From an uncultured Chloroflexia bacterium (lineage in GTDB: Bacteria; Chloroflexota; Limnocylindria; Limnocylindrales; CSP1-4), in contig CAVVJT010000007.1 in the NCBI GenBank assembly GCA_963748625.1, positions 672,001-736,000 of the forward strand: 64,000 nt of DNA, given 5' to 3'. The notes beneath the pieces were generated by a model, which was given only the letters and a program-made list of their open reading frames with translations, was not told where the DNA came from and searched no databases. This document shows positions 39,238-48,894 of this stretch, one piece after another. Position 1 is the first letter of the stretch. Each line of letters begins with the position of its first letter. Both the position numbers and the translations under genes were made by a program.

Positions 39238-41129
39238 CAGTTCGCCTCCTTCGCCGCCTTGACGAGCTGCGGGACCACCGTCTCGAGGTCGCCGACGACG
39301 CCGAAGTCCGCGTAGTTGAAGATCCGCGCCCGCGGATCCTTGTTGATCGCGATGACCGTGTCCGACATCTGCATGCCCGACACGTGCTGCACGGCACCGG
39401 AGATGCCGACGGCCACGTAGAGCCGGGGCGCCACGGTCTGGCCGGTCTGGCCCACCTGGTAGTCGTGGGTCTTGAAGCCGTCCTCCACCGCGTGGCGGGA
39501 GGCGGCGACCTCGACGCCGTCACCGAGGAGGCCGGTCAGCGCCTCGGCCAGCGGGTTGAGGAAGCGGTCGAAGTCCGCCTTGTTGCGGATGCCGTGCCCG
39601 CCCGCGACGATGATCTTGGCCCCGTGGAGGTCCACCTTGGACACGAACGAGTCCACCGGGGTGATCCGGATGCCGTCGGCCGAGTCGCCGAGATCCGGGG
39701 TCACATGGATGACCTCGCCGGTGCGCGTGTCGTCGCGCGGCGGGATCTTGAACACGCCAGGCCGGACCGTCGCCATCTGCGTGGGCGAGTCCTTGGTCAT
39801 GATCGTGGCCATGATGTTGCCGCCGAGGGCCGGGCGGGTCTGCTTGAGGATGGCGACCAGGCTCTGGCCGCCCTTCTGGTAGTCGCCGATCTCGAGCTTG
39901 GTGCAGTCCGCGGTGAGCCCGGAGTCACAGGCGTACGCGATGCGCGGGGCGAGCTCGCGGCCCATCGGGGTGGCGCCGAAGAGCATCACCTGCGGCTTGT
40001 GCTCCCGGACGATCGGCGCGATGGCGGCGCGGAAGGGCCGCGGGGAGAACTGGGCCAGCTGCGGATGCTCGATGACGTAGACGATGTCCGCGCCGTGGGC
40101 GATGAGCTCGGCGGGCAGGTTGCCGGCCTCGGCACAAGGCAGCACCACGGCGACCTTCTCGCCCAGGAACTGCGCCAGCTCGCGTGACTTGCCCAGGAGC
40201 TCCAGGCTGATCGACTTGATGCCGTCGCCCTCGCGCTCGGCGAGGACCCAGAAGCCTCCCTTGTAGGTGGGCTCGCGCCCCTCGAGCTGGTAGGCGCCCT
40301 CCTCGTGGACGGCGGGGCCGCCGGTGGCGAGGCGGTACTTGGCCTTCACCTTCGCGACGAGCGCCGCCGGGTCGGCGACCATCTCGCAGGTCTTCGCGCG
40401 ATCCTCGGACGGCGAGAAGATGCGGTAGACGGTGGTCCGCGAGCCCTTGATGCCCACCTTGTCCGGGGCGGCCTCAACGTCCGCCGCGCTCCACGTGTGG
40501 ATCGTGGCGGTCCGGGCGGCGCGCGCGGCCTCGAACGAGCGGTAGAGGGTGTCCGTGCAGGCGGTCACGGTGACGAGGGCCGGGAAGCGGACCGGGACCA
40601 CGTCCTCGGTGCCCTCGGCGCCGATGCGCCGGAAGACCAGCTCCGGATCGGTGTGGACGTCCTGTGCGTACGCGACCTGGTCGATACCGAGGTCTTCCGC
40701 GATCTGCGGCGGGACCTGCGCGGTGTCGCCGTCCACGGACTGCATGCCGGTGACGATCAGGTAGTCCTTGGAGCCGCCGAAGAGCTCGCGCTCGATGCGC
40801 CGGATGCCCTGCGCCAGCGAGTACGCCGTGGCGACGGTGTCCGCGCCGCCCATCACACGATCGGTCAGGAGGACCGCCTCGCCGGGCGCCCGCGAGATGC
40901 ACTCCGCGAGCATCTCCTTCGCCTGGGGCGGGCCCATCGTGAGGTACACCGTCCGGGCATCGGGATCGGACGCGGTGATCCGCTTGGCGAACGTCAGCGC
41001 GTGGAGGTCAAGGGGGTTCAGGATGCTGTCGAGCAGCGCGCGCCGGAGCGTGCCCTTCTCGCGATCCCACGCATCCTCCGGGATGTTGCTGACATCCGGG
41101 ACCTGCTTCACGAGGACGATGCAGTGCAT
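39237..41129 (-). CDS. Fused electron transfer flavoprotein beta-alpha (EtfB-EtfA)
   Basis: Beta: VLVKQVPD, GADTVAT, GMQSVDGDTAQV. Alpha: GLTADCT, TRPALGGNIMA, QVGQTGQTVAP, GISGAVQH. One uninterrupted frame. Confidence 0.9.
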   Translation of the reverse strand: MHCIVLVKQVPDVSNIPEDAWDREKGTLRRALLDSILNPLDLHALTFAKRITASDPDARTVYLTMGPPQAKEMLAECISRAPGEAVLLTDRVMGGADTVATAYSLAQGIRRIERELFGGSKDYLIVTGMQSVDGDTAQVPPQIAEDLGIDQVAYAQDVHTDPELVFRRIGAEGTEDVVPVRFPALVTVTACTDTLYRSFEAARAARTATIHTWSAADVEAAPDKVGIKGSRTTVYRIFSPSEDRAKTCEMVADPAALVAKVKAKYRLATGGPAVHEEGAYQLEGREPTYKGGFWVLAEREGDGIKSISLELLGKSRELAQFLGEKVAVVLPCAEAGNLPAELIAHGADIVYVIEHPQLAQFSPRPFRAAIAPIVREHKPQVMLFGATPMGRELAPRIAYACDSGLTADCTKLEIGDYQKGGQSLVAILKQTRPALGGNIMATIMTKDSPTQMATVRPGVFKIPPRDDTRTGEVIHVTPDLGDSADGIRITPVDSFVSKVDLHGAKIIVAGGHGIRNKADFDRFLNPLAEALTGLLGDGVEVAASRHAVEDGFKTHDYQVGQTGQTVAPRLYVAVGISGAVQHVSGMQMSDTVIAINKDPRARIFNYADFGVVGDLETVVPQLVKAAKEAN

Positions 41130-41517
41130 ACAACCTACCGGCGTGGCGTGCGGGCGGCGGGACCAGTCCCCGTCGTTGCCGCTCGTGGTGCGGGAGGCAG
41201 GCTGCCGCCGGATGGTGCGCACCTTCGGGAGGACGCCCGACACCGATGGCAGGCCACACGAACCCGCACCGGAATGGTAGGCAACCGGTCAGGACTCCGG
41301 GCGGGCCATTGGTCCCGCAACCGGGGTGCCCGCGTCCGGCGGGGACGGGTACGGAGGCACCCGCAACCGGGCGGTCCGGGAGGGCGGCGGACGCGCACGA
41401 CAGGCCACCCTTGGGACCGCCGGCCCTGCCGCAGCCCGCGGCGTGCGTCTAGCCTCCCTCCATCGGCGCCTTGCGGATCTCGCCGGACGGCGCCCCATGC
41501 AAAGGGAGGCTTCAACC

Positions 41518-41997
41518 ATGCCCACGGTCGCCGAGGCGACGACGGACTTCCTCGCCCAGCGGCGCATCGCCGTCGCAGGCGTGTCGCGCCAGAAGGGAGG
41601 CGCTCATGGCGGCAACGTCATCTACCAGCGCCTCAAGGACCGCGGCTACGAGGTCTTCCCGGTCAACCCCAACGCTGACACCGTGGAAGGGGACCCGTGC
41701 TTCCGCAGCCTCGATGCCATCCCCGGCGGGGTTGACGCCGTCGTGATCGCCACGGCGCCCGGTGCCGCCCACGCGGTCGTCGCGGACTGCGTGCGGCTTG
41801 GCATCACCCGCGCCTGGATGCACCGCTCATTCGGGGGCGGATCCGTCTCGAACGAGGCGGCGGAGGCTGGACGCGCGGGCGGCATGACCGTCATCGAGGG
41901 CGGCTGCCCGCTCATGTTCGATCCGACCGCCGATGTCGCGCACAAGTGCATGAAGTGGGTCCTGGGGCTCACGAAGGCGAAGCCGACGGCGGGCTGA
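41518..41997 (+). CDS. CoA-binding protein (YccU-like)
   Basis: IAVAGVS, GYEVFPVNP, GCPLM; GGGAGG RBS. Confidence 0.88.
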   Translation: MPTVAEATTDFLAQRRIAVAGVSRQKGGAHGGNVIYQRLKDRGYEVFPVNPNADTVEGDPCFRSLDAIPGGVDAVVIATAPGAAHAVVADCVRLGITRAWMHRSFGGGSVSNEAAEAGRAGGMTVIEGGCPLMFDPTADVAHKCMKWVLGLTKAKPTAG

Positions 41998-42069
41998 GCG
42001 ACTCTGCACGTCGCGGAGTCGTCCTAGAGGGGTGATGGCACGGGTCGGCGGCATGCCATACTCCGCGCC

Positions 42070-42330
42070 ATGGACCTCACCTTTGTCGGCTGGATCGTTG
42101 TCGGGCTCATCGCCGGGATCATCTCCGGGATCATCGCGGGCGGTCGGACCGCGCGCGGCTGGATGCCCAGCCTCGCCATCGGCCTGATCGCCGCCGTGCT
42201 CCTGGGCTGGGTGCTGACGTCGTTCGCGGGTGTGGACGGCCTCACGAGCATCTGGCTCTCCGCCCTGCTCGCGACGGTCATCGCGATCGTGCTGCGGCTG
42301 CTGATCAAGACGGTCTCGTTCTCGGACTGA
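42070..42330 (+). CDS. GlsB/YeaQ/YmgE transglycosylase-associated membrane protein
   Basis: WIVVGLIAGII, three TM helices. Confidence 0.75.
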   Translation: MDLTFVGWIVVGLIAGIISGIIAGGRTARGWMPSLAIGLIAAVLLGWVLTSFAGVDGLTSIWLSALLATVIAIVLRLLIKTVSFSD

Positions 42331-42620
42331 TCCTCGCCGTTCCTGCCTGACGCACTGGCGACACACCTGTCTCAGCGGCCAGTTCCGGGCGCCCGATGGT
42401 CGTGGCCCCCGGCTGGCGGGGCCCACCGGCTGGCGTGGCCCCTGCGGGTGGGGCTTCCGAAGCCCGGGTATGGCCGGGCGCCAGTCCATCTGGGGCACCA
42501 GGCGCCCCAATCCGCATCCGCGCGGCCCCTTCGCAGGTCGTTGTGGGGCGCTGGGTGCCCCGAATCGATGCCACGCTGCCGAAAGCGGGGCTTGCGATGC
42601 CCCGGCGTGGCAGCGCCGCG

Positions 42621-43097
42621 CTAGCTGAGCGCCTGGCGCAGCGCCTCCTCGGTCTCGGCCTCGAGCGAGGTCTGCAGCACGCGCCCGTGGTACTTGCGCA
42701 GCGAGGCGATCGCCATGTCGCCATTCGCCTCCTGGATCTGCAGGAACAGCGCAGACGTGCCCGGGGTGAGCTCGGCCTTGATCTCGTCCACGAACTTGCC
42801 GTCGATGCCCTGGCCGGTCGCCGCGCCAAGCCCGGCGCCAATCGCCGCGCCCGCGGCGATGCCCGCCACCGGGAAGACCACGAACAGCATGCCGCCCAGG
42901 ATCCCGCCCACGACCGCGCCGACCTCGGTGGCCGCACTGGACTCGTTCTTGACGTGCACCTTGCCGTCCGCGTCCATCGCCACGATGGCGGTGTCCTCGA
43001 ACTTGATGCCGCCCTGCTTCTCCACGCCGCGCAGCGTCTTGAGCGCCGCGTGTGCCTCGTCCTCGGTGTCGAAGCCGATGACCACGATCCTGCTCAT
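42621..43097 (-). CDS. DUF1269 domain protein
   Basis: IVVIGFD...DTAIV...DGKVHV, glycine-zipper hairpin, GIDGKFVDE...LTPGTSALF, VLQTSL; ATGA overlap with upstream gene. Confidence 0.88.
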   Translation of the reverse strand: MSRIVVIGFDTEDEAHAALKTLRGVEKQGGIKFEDTAIVAMDADGKVHVKNESSAATEVGAVVGGILGGMLFVVFPVAGIAAGAAIGAGLGAATGQGIDGKFVDEIKAELTPGTSALFLQIQEANGDMAIASLRKYHGRVLQTSLEAETEEALRQALS

Positions 43098-43711
43098 GCT
43101 TCCTCCTCTGGGCGTCCGGCCCGCGTCCCGTTTGCGATCCATGCCTCCAGCACGTTCCTGTGCCGGTCCTGGAGCTTCACCAGCGATCGGCGGGATGTGA
43201 GGAGGTCGGCGACCTCGTCGAACGTCAGCCCGCCCGTCTTCATGAGATACGCCGCCAGGACAGTCGCCGATCGCCCCCGGCCCTTGGCGCAGTGGACGAG
43301 GACCTTCCGGCCATCCGCCAGCTGGGCGTCGATCCAGGCCACGGCATCGTCGAGGACCGTCGCATCCGGGACCGTCACGTCCGGGACCCGGTACTGGCGG
43401 TGGGTGATGTCGTGCTGGTCGAAGAACGCCGCATCCGCCGTGCGCTCGGCGCGCATGTCCACGACCGCGGTGATCCCGATCTCCAGCAGCTCTTCGAAGT
43501 CCCGCTCGTAGGTCGGGGCGCCGCCCAGCCACAGGTGCGGGAGGATCTCCGAGAACCACTCGTGCCCGGCAATGCGCTCGTACGAGAAGCGGATCGCCGG
43601 ATAGAGCTGGTCGAAGGCACGATGGAAGACGCTCAGGCCCTCCACGGGCTCGATCCCGCCCGCGGGCTCCTGCGCGTCGTCGGCGCCGGGCCTCGGCTCA
43701 GGGGACGGCAA
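43094..43711 (-). CDS. Dual-specificity (CX5R) phosphatase
   Basis: LWLGG, VPD loop, VLVHCAKGRGRS. TTG start uncertain. Confidence 0.88.
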   Translation of the reverse strand: MPSPEPRPGADDAQEPAGGIEPVEGLSVFHRAFDQLYPAIRFSYERIAGHEWFSEILPHLWLGGAPTYERDFEELLEIGITAVVDMRAERTADAAFFDQHDITHRQYRVPDVTVPDATVLDDAVAWIDAQLADGRKVLVHCAKGRGRSATVLAAYLMKTGGLTFDEVADLLTSRRSLVKLQDRHRNVLEAWIANGTRAGRPEEEA

Positions 43712-44615
43712 TGGTCAGCACGCCCGGGAGGACGTCCACCACGAGCGGCGTCCTGCCGATGTACTCGCCGTCGGTCCAGATGGGCTGGTCGGGCTCGACG
43801 TCGATCTCGATGTGCCTCGCCTGCCGGATGTGGCGGCGGGCGGCAGCGGTGTCCGCGCCGACGAACCGGGCCACCGACGACCGGATCGTGTCGAGGTTCT
43901 CCTTGTCGATGACGAAGCAGTCGAGGAGGCCGTCATCGATCGCGTAGGTGTGCGTGATACGCAGGCCCGTGCCCATCATCCCGGAGTTCACGAGGTACGC
44001 CTTCGTCCCGAGGACGTCCCCCTGCTCACCGTCGAGGGTCACGTGGTAGGTGTGGTGGGTCTGGCCGTCGCGGTGGGCCATGTTGACCGCGTAGGCGAAG
44101 ACGCCGTACTTGTCCTTGTCCTCGCGGCTCGTCTGCTCCTCGGGCTCGATGCCGATATAGCAGCGCTGGACGAAGTACTTGTCCCCCACCTCCGCCCTGC
44201 CGACGCTGACCAGGTGGCCCACGTCGATGGAGCGGGTGTTGCGACTGGTGCAGAGCACCTCGACGGCGGGGCGGAGCTTGCCGGGCACGCCGAGCTCGCG
44301 GGCGAACCCGTTGCCGGTGCCGCCCGGCAGGACGCCCATGGTCACCGTCCGACCGGCATGCCGGGATGCCCAGATGACGGCATTGGCGATCTCGTGCTGG
44401 GTGCCGTCGCCGCCGTAGCCCGCCACGAGGTCGTAGCCGGCCTCGATCGCCGCCTTCGCCTGGACGCTCGCATCGCCGTACTTCTTGGTGATGCTGACGT
44501 CCCAGTCCACACCGTGCGCGTGGAACACGTCGTTGAGCGTGTTGAGGATCGGCTCGTCCTTGCCGGACGCCGGGTTGATCACGACATGCACCCGCGGGTA
44601 CGGCGCGTCCGTCAC
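43698..44615 (-). CDS. Diacylglycerol/lipid kinase family (YegS/DAGK-like)
   Basis: VINPASG, GGDGT, LPGGTGN, DDGLLD, DGE; GGAGGT RBS. Confidence 0.9.
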   Translation of the reverse strand: MTDAPYPRVHVVINPASGKDEPILNTLNDVFHAHGVDWDVSITKKYGDASVQAKAAIEAGYDLVAGYGGDGTQHEIANAVIWASRHAGRTVTMGVLPGGTGNGFARELGVPGKLRPAVEVLCTSRNTRSIDVGHLVSVGRAEVGDKYFVQRCYIGIEPEEQTSREDKDKYGVFAYAVNMAHRDGQTHHTYHVTLDGEQGDVLGTKAYLVNSGMMGTGLRITHTYAIDDGLLDCFVIDKENLDTIRSSVARFVGADTAAARRHIRQARHIEIDVEPDQPIWTDGEYIGRTPLVVDVLPGVLTIAVP

Positions 44616-44802
44616 CTGGACCTCCCTGTCATGGCTGCGCCCGGCCGCACGGTTCCGGCCGGTGATGGCAACCACTATGGCACCCGCCCGGGGCCGATGG
44701 GTCACCCGAGCGGGATGAACGGACGGAGGGGCCGGAGGTTGTCCCCTCGGAGGCCGACTCCAGGGGATTGCCGCCGGTCGGCCTGCGAGCCACAATGCGC
44801 CC

Positions 44803-45120
44803 ATGAGCGTCCCCATGGCCTGGGTCGCCGTCGATGACGACGGGCGGCCCCTTGATCGTCAGTGCGAGCACTTCGACCAGGTGATCGAGGTGCCGGATCC
44901 GCCTCCGGGCGAGTGCATGGACTGCATCGTGGAGGGCAGCACCTGGGTGAACCTCCGCCAGTGCCTCGTGTGCGGCGGCGTCCGGTGCTGCGACGACTCG
45001 CCGAGACGCCACGCGACCGCACACTTCCACACGTCCGGCCACCCGCTGATCCGGTCGGCGCAGCCGGGCGAGGCGTGGGCGTGGTGCTACCAGGAGGAGC
45101 TGTCCCTGGTCCCGGTCTGA
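44803..45120 (+). CDS. UBP-type zinc finger protein
   Basis: CEH, CMDC, WVNLRQCLVCGGVRCCDDSPRRHATAH, GEAWAWCY. Confidence 0.9.
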   Translation: MSVPMAWVAVDDDGRPLDRQCEHFDQVIEVPDPPPGECMDCIVEGSTWVNLRQCLVCGGVRCCDDSPRRHATAHFHTSGHPLIRSAQPGEAWAWCYQEELSLVPV

Positions 45121-45132
45121 CCGGGCACGGCC

Positions 45133-45435
45133 GCCCTGCCGGAGGCGCTTTCGTCGACCCGGCGGGTGTGCGCGTCGGTGAACATCGCGACGACGTCGGC
45201 GGGGATCAACATGGACGCCGTGCGCCTCATGGGCGAGGTGGTCAAGACGACCGCCAAGCGCACGGCGGACCGGTCGGCGATCGGGTCCGCGAAGCTGGTG
45301 GTGTTCGCGAATGCCGTGCCCGACAACCCGTTCATGGCCGGCGCCTTCCACGGGTTCGGCGAGGGCGACCCCGCGATCTCGGTGGGGATCTCCGGCCCGG
45401 GTGTCGTGGCCGACGCACTCCGGCGCCTGCCACCG
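45133..45435 (+). pseudogene. Internal fragment of DUF711/PFL-family (UPF0210) gene
   Basis: [17 protein letters not shown]...GINMDAV...[27 protein letters not shown]...VGISGPGVV; no N-terminus or RBS and similarity ends after about 100 codons. Confidence 0.8.
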
Positions 45436-45771
45436 GGCACCCCAGCAGGCCGGCCGCCAACCCGCGGGCGAACGGCGAGCCGGGACCTTAGGCCCCTCTG
45501 GACAGTCCAAAGGCACCGTGAGCGGGGCCTCGAACGCAACGGATTCGGTACCCATGGGCGACTAGAGCGTTTTAGCCCGATGGCCCACTATTCGCATCAC
45601 GGAACGGCTCAAGCTCACCAGGTGGTGACAGTCGCCCGGGCCGTGGATCCTGCGCCAAAGGGGCGCTGTCAGTTGGGCCACGGCGGTAATGCTCCCGGTG
45701 GAGCCGACCTCGCTCTCAGCACGATGCTGGAGCACCGGCGGCGACGCGGACCGGGAGCCGAGGTACGTGCC

Positions 45772-46065
45772 ATGCACGACGACTCCGTTCTTGTGGCCAT
45801 CGAAGACGCCACCCGCACCCCCAACGTCTGCAATTGCGGCAACTACTTGGCCGTGGTCGAGTCCGCAGACGCGATGTGGCTGGAGTGCCCGACCTTCACG
45901 AAGCCGTCCCGCCTGCCGGCAACGGTCGCGGCGACGCTGCGCTCGATCAACCACGACCGCCAGTTCGTGGTCGAGATCCCCGAGGCGCTCAGGGCCCCGA
46001 TTTCACCCAAGGCGGTCGCGACCAAGCGACGTGCCACGAACCAGGTCACCGCAGCCCGCGCCTGA
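45772..46065 (+). CDS. Small hypothetical protein with CxCG...WLEC motif
   Basis: GAGGT RBS, ATG, followed by a terminator-like hairpin at about 46083-46118. Confidence 0.65.
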   Translation: MHDDSVLVAIEDATRTPNVCNCGNYLAVVESADAMWLECPTFTKPSRLPATVAATLRSINHDRQFVVEIPEALRAPISPKAVATKRRATNQVTAARA

Positions 46066-46184
46066 TCCCCAGCACCTGATCCCGGCTCCCGCGATGGCGA
46101 CGTCGCGGGGGCCGTTCGCGTTCCGCCATCCGATCGTCACCCGCGCCCGAACTGGGGCTGTCGGGAGCAGCAGGGCAGGTGGCG

Positions 46185-46916
46185 ATGATCGAGGACGACC
46201 GCGACGAGCGACGGCGTCTTGACGCGCCCGTCTTCGAGGTGGCGCCCGTCGCCCGTCGCAGTGCCCTGAACCCGCGTCTCGTCCTGATCGCGGTGGTTGC
46301 CGTCGCGGCCTTCGTTGGCGGCCTCGCCGTGGCCTCCGGCGGGCCCGCCGCAAGGTCCGGGGTCTTGAACGCCGAGGGACAGGTCGTCTCGGCGCCGCCC
46401 GACTTGACTGACGCATCACCTGCGGAAGCGGGCGCGACACGTCCCCCGGCGACCCCGGGAGCAACACGTCCCCCGGCCACGCCTGACGCGACGCCGGATC
46501 CCCGCCCGCTGCGCACCGCTGCGCCCGGGTCCAGCGCGTTCGTCGCCGGCTTCGACCCAGGGCGGATCATCGCGGCGGTTGCCGGCGGTACGAGCTGCGA
46601 GGCCGGCGACGCCCTCGGCAAGGAGGTCCCGCGGACCCGCGCCGACGGGCCCCGCATGACGTTCCAGCGATCCTGGCTCGTCTACTGCACCGTGCCGCCC
46701 CCGGACCGCCAGAGCTTCCTGATCCGCCTCTTCAAGGTGCTCAAGACCACGATCCCCGCAGAGACGTTCGCGTACGGCACCACGCTCCAGGGAGCCGGCG
46801 ACGCGCTGTTCCCGTATGCCGAGCGGCCGATGGCGGGCACGCTGGCGCTCCACGCCGACGCGGCGGGCAAGGGACTCGCAATCGTGGTCATCCTGGAGGA
46901 GTGGCGGACCGACTGA
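46185..46916 (+). CDS. Hypothetical membrane-anchored protein
   Basis: N-terminal TM helix, Pro/Thr linker, C-terminal domain with two Cys. Confidence 0.65.
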   Translation: MIEDDRDERRRLDAPVFEVAPVARRSALNPRLVLIAVVAVAAFVGGLAVASGGPAARSGVLNAEGQVVSAPPDLTDASPAEAGATRPPATPGATRPPATPDATPDPRPLRTAAPGSSAFVAGFDPGRIIAAVAGGTSCEAGDALGKEVPRTRADGPRMTFQRSWLVYCTVPPPDRQSFLIRLFKVLKTTIPAETFAYGTTLQGAGDALFPYAERPMAGTLALHADAAGKGLAIVVILEEWRTD

Positions 46917-46974
46917 CGACTGGGACCGCTCCGCCCGCCAGCGCCGGCGCGCCCGTCGGCACCCGGTGCGACCG

Positions 46975-47466
46975 TCAGGCCCCCGAGCGGAGTGCCTCGA
47001 TGTGCGCCTCGAGCATCTCGACGGCGAACGCGTGGTCCTGCACTTGGGGCAACCCGGACACGACCACTGTCCCCACCACCCCCACCCCGGCAACACGGAG
47101 CGGGAAGGCACCTCCGTGCGCCGCGAACCGCTCCGGCGCGAGCGAGTGGCGGACGTGCACATCCTGGCCATCCTGCTCGTTGGCCAGCCTCACGCGCAGC
47201 GAGCTCTGCTCGAACCAGGCCGCGAGGCGGGACTTGCGCTCCGCCCAGTCGTCGTTCGACGCGGACGACCCCGGCAACGACGCCACGAACACGAGCCGCG
47301 AGCCGAACCGGACCTGGATCAGCACCGGCAGGCCCCGCTCCAGCGCGACGTCCGCCATGCGTCGTCCCAGCCCGTAGAGGGATGCGTAGTCGGCCCGGGG
47401 CAGCACGAGCCGGCGCTCCTGCTCCTCGAGCTCCTCGACCGTGGGGAACGCCTCCGTCCCGCCCAC
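46975..47466 (-). CDS. Heme-degrading domain protein (UPF0303 / GlcG-HbpS family)
   Basis: NDDWAERK, HGGAFPL, VVSGLPQVQDH. Confidence 0.88.
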   Translation of the reverse strand: MGGTEAFPTVEELEEQERRLVLPRADYASLYGLGRRMADVALERGLPVLIQVRFGSRLVFVASLPGSSASNDDWAERKSRLAAWFEQSSLRVRLANEQDGQDVHVRHSLAPERFAAHGGAFPLRVAGVGVVGTVVVSGLPQVQDHAFAVEMLEAHIEALRSGA

Positions 47467-47469
47467 CGG

Positions 47470-47907
47470 TCAGGCCACCCGCTCGAGGACGATGACCGGG
47501 ATGACACGATCGCCCGCCTTCTCGACGTACTCGGCGAAGCCCGGGTGCTGGACGACGTGGGCATCCCAGAGCCGCGTGCGCTCCGCGCCGTGGACCTCGG
47601 TGGCCCGCGCCTCGAACCGCTCGCCGCCCGTCTCGACCGTCACGATGGGATTGGCGACGAGGTTCGCGTACCAGGCCGGGTGCGTGGGCGCGCCCGCCTT
47701 GCTGGCCATGATCACGAGGCGGTCGCCGTCACGGCTGAACACCAGCGGCGCGACCCGGGGCTCGCCGGTGCGCGCGCCGGTGGTGGTGAGGACCAGCACG
47801 GGCCGCCCGACGAACGGTCCGGAGGTGGGCTGCCCGTTGGTGCGGACATCCTCGATGAGGGCGCGGGTGAAGGCGGCGTAGTCGGCTCGCGGATCGGTCG
47901 TTGTCAT
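47470..47907 (-). CDS. Deazaflavin (F420)-dependent nitroreductase family protein
   Basis: LTTTGARTGEPR, ASKAGAPTHPAWYANL, RVIPV. Confidence 0.92.
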   Translation of the reverse strand: MTTTDPRADYAAFTRALIEDVRTNGQPTSGPFVGRPVLVLTTTGARTGEPRVAPLVFSRDGDRLVIMASKAGAPTHPAWYANLVANPIVTVETGGERFEARATEVHGAERTRLWDAHVVQHPGFAEYVEKAGDRVIPVIVLERVA

Positions 47908-48018
47908 GGCAACTATCGTAGCGCGACGCCGGGATGGTCGCGCAGGTGGGTCGCGGGGGTGGGGCGGGCCCCCAGACGTGCAAGACTGGTGCGCGTGAGG
48001 CACCACGACGATTCCGTC

Positions 48019-48894
48019 ATGAACGCCCAGGCCACTCTTGAGGTCGCGGTCGAGGCCGACGCCACCACCGGCGAGGCGCCACTCTGGGATCCGTCACGCG
48101 GCGTCCTGTGGTGGGTGGACATCCCGCCGGGCCGACTGCACCGGTTCGACCCGGCGACGGGTGCGACGTCCACCGTCACCTTCGACACACCGCTGGGCGC
48201 GGTCGCCCACCGCTGGGACTGGACGCTGCTCCTCGCCCTTGCCGACCGGCTGGCGGCCTGGCATCCGGAGACCGGCTCGCTCGACACCCTCCTGCCCCTG
48301 CCGTCTGGTGCGGTCCCGCTGCGCTGCAACGACGGCAAGCCGGACCCGCAGGGCCGGTTCTGGATCGGCCGGATGGCGGTCGACGAGCGGCCGGGGGCGG
48401 GGTCGCTGCTGCGGATCGGACCGGGAGGAGATGTCGTCACCGTGCTCGACGGGCTCCACATCCCCAATGGGCTCGCATGGGTACCAGACGGCGGCTCGAT
48501 GCTCTTCGTGGACTCGGGGTGGGGCGCGGTCCGGCGGTTCGGCTTCGACGCCGGCAGCGGTGACCTCGATGACGGCTGGCCCCACGTGCGCGTGGACGAG
48601 GGCGTGCCCGATGGACTCACCATCGACGCGGACGGCTGCACGTGGGTCGCGCTCTGGGGCGGGAGCGGCCTGCTGCGCGTCGCGCCCGACGGCGAGATCC
48701 TCGGCCACCTGCGGCTCCCGGTATCGCAGGTGTCCAGCTGCACCTTCGGCGGAGCAGATCTCGACACGCTCTACATCACGACGGCCCGCAAGCACCTCTC
48801 ACCCGAGGATCTGGCACGCGAGCCACTGGCGGGCTCCCTGTTCCGCTGCCGGCCCGGTGTCCGCGGCCTGGCGCCGGGCATCGCGTCGATCTGA
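48019..48894 (+). CDS. SMP-30/gluconolactonase/LRE family protein
   Basis: GEAPLWD, RCNDGKPD, PNGLAW, PDGLTID, FGGADLDTLYITT. Confidence 0.92.
   Translation: MNAQATLEVAVEADATTGEAPLWDPSRGVLWWVDIPPGRLHRFDPATGATSTVTFDTPLGAVAHRWDWTLLLALADRLAAWHPETGSLDTLLPLPSGAVPLRCNDGKPDPQGRFWIGRMAVDERPGAGSLLRIGPGGDVVTVLDGLHIPNGLAWVPDGGSMLFVDSGWGAVRRFGFDAGSGDLDDGWPHVRVDEGVPDGLTIDADGCTWVALWGGSGLLRVAPDGEILGHLRLPVSQVSSCTFGGADLDTLYITTARKHLSPEDLAREPLAGSLFRCRPGVRGLAPGIASI

Noticed and set aside
45166-46065. Single 299-aa DUF711 fusion protein
   Set aside because: The middle portion is not protein-like and the distal part has its own RBS and ATG; it is a chance in-frame join.
46816-48018. N-terminal extension of the SMP-30 protein
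   Set aside because: It is the antisense shadow of two real minus-strand genes.
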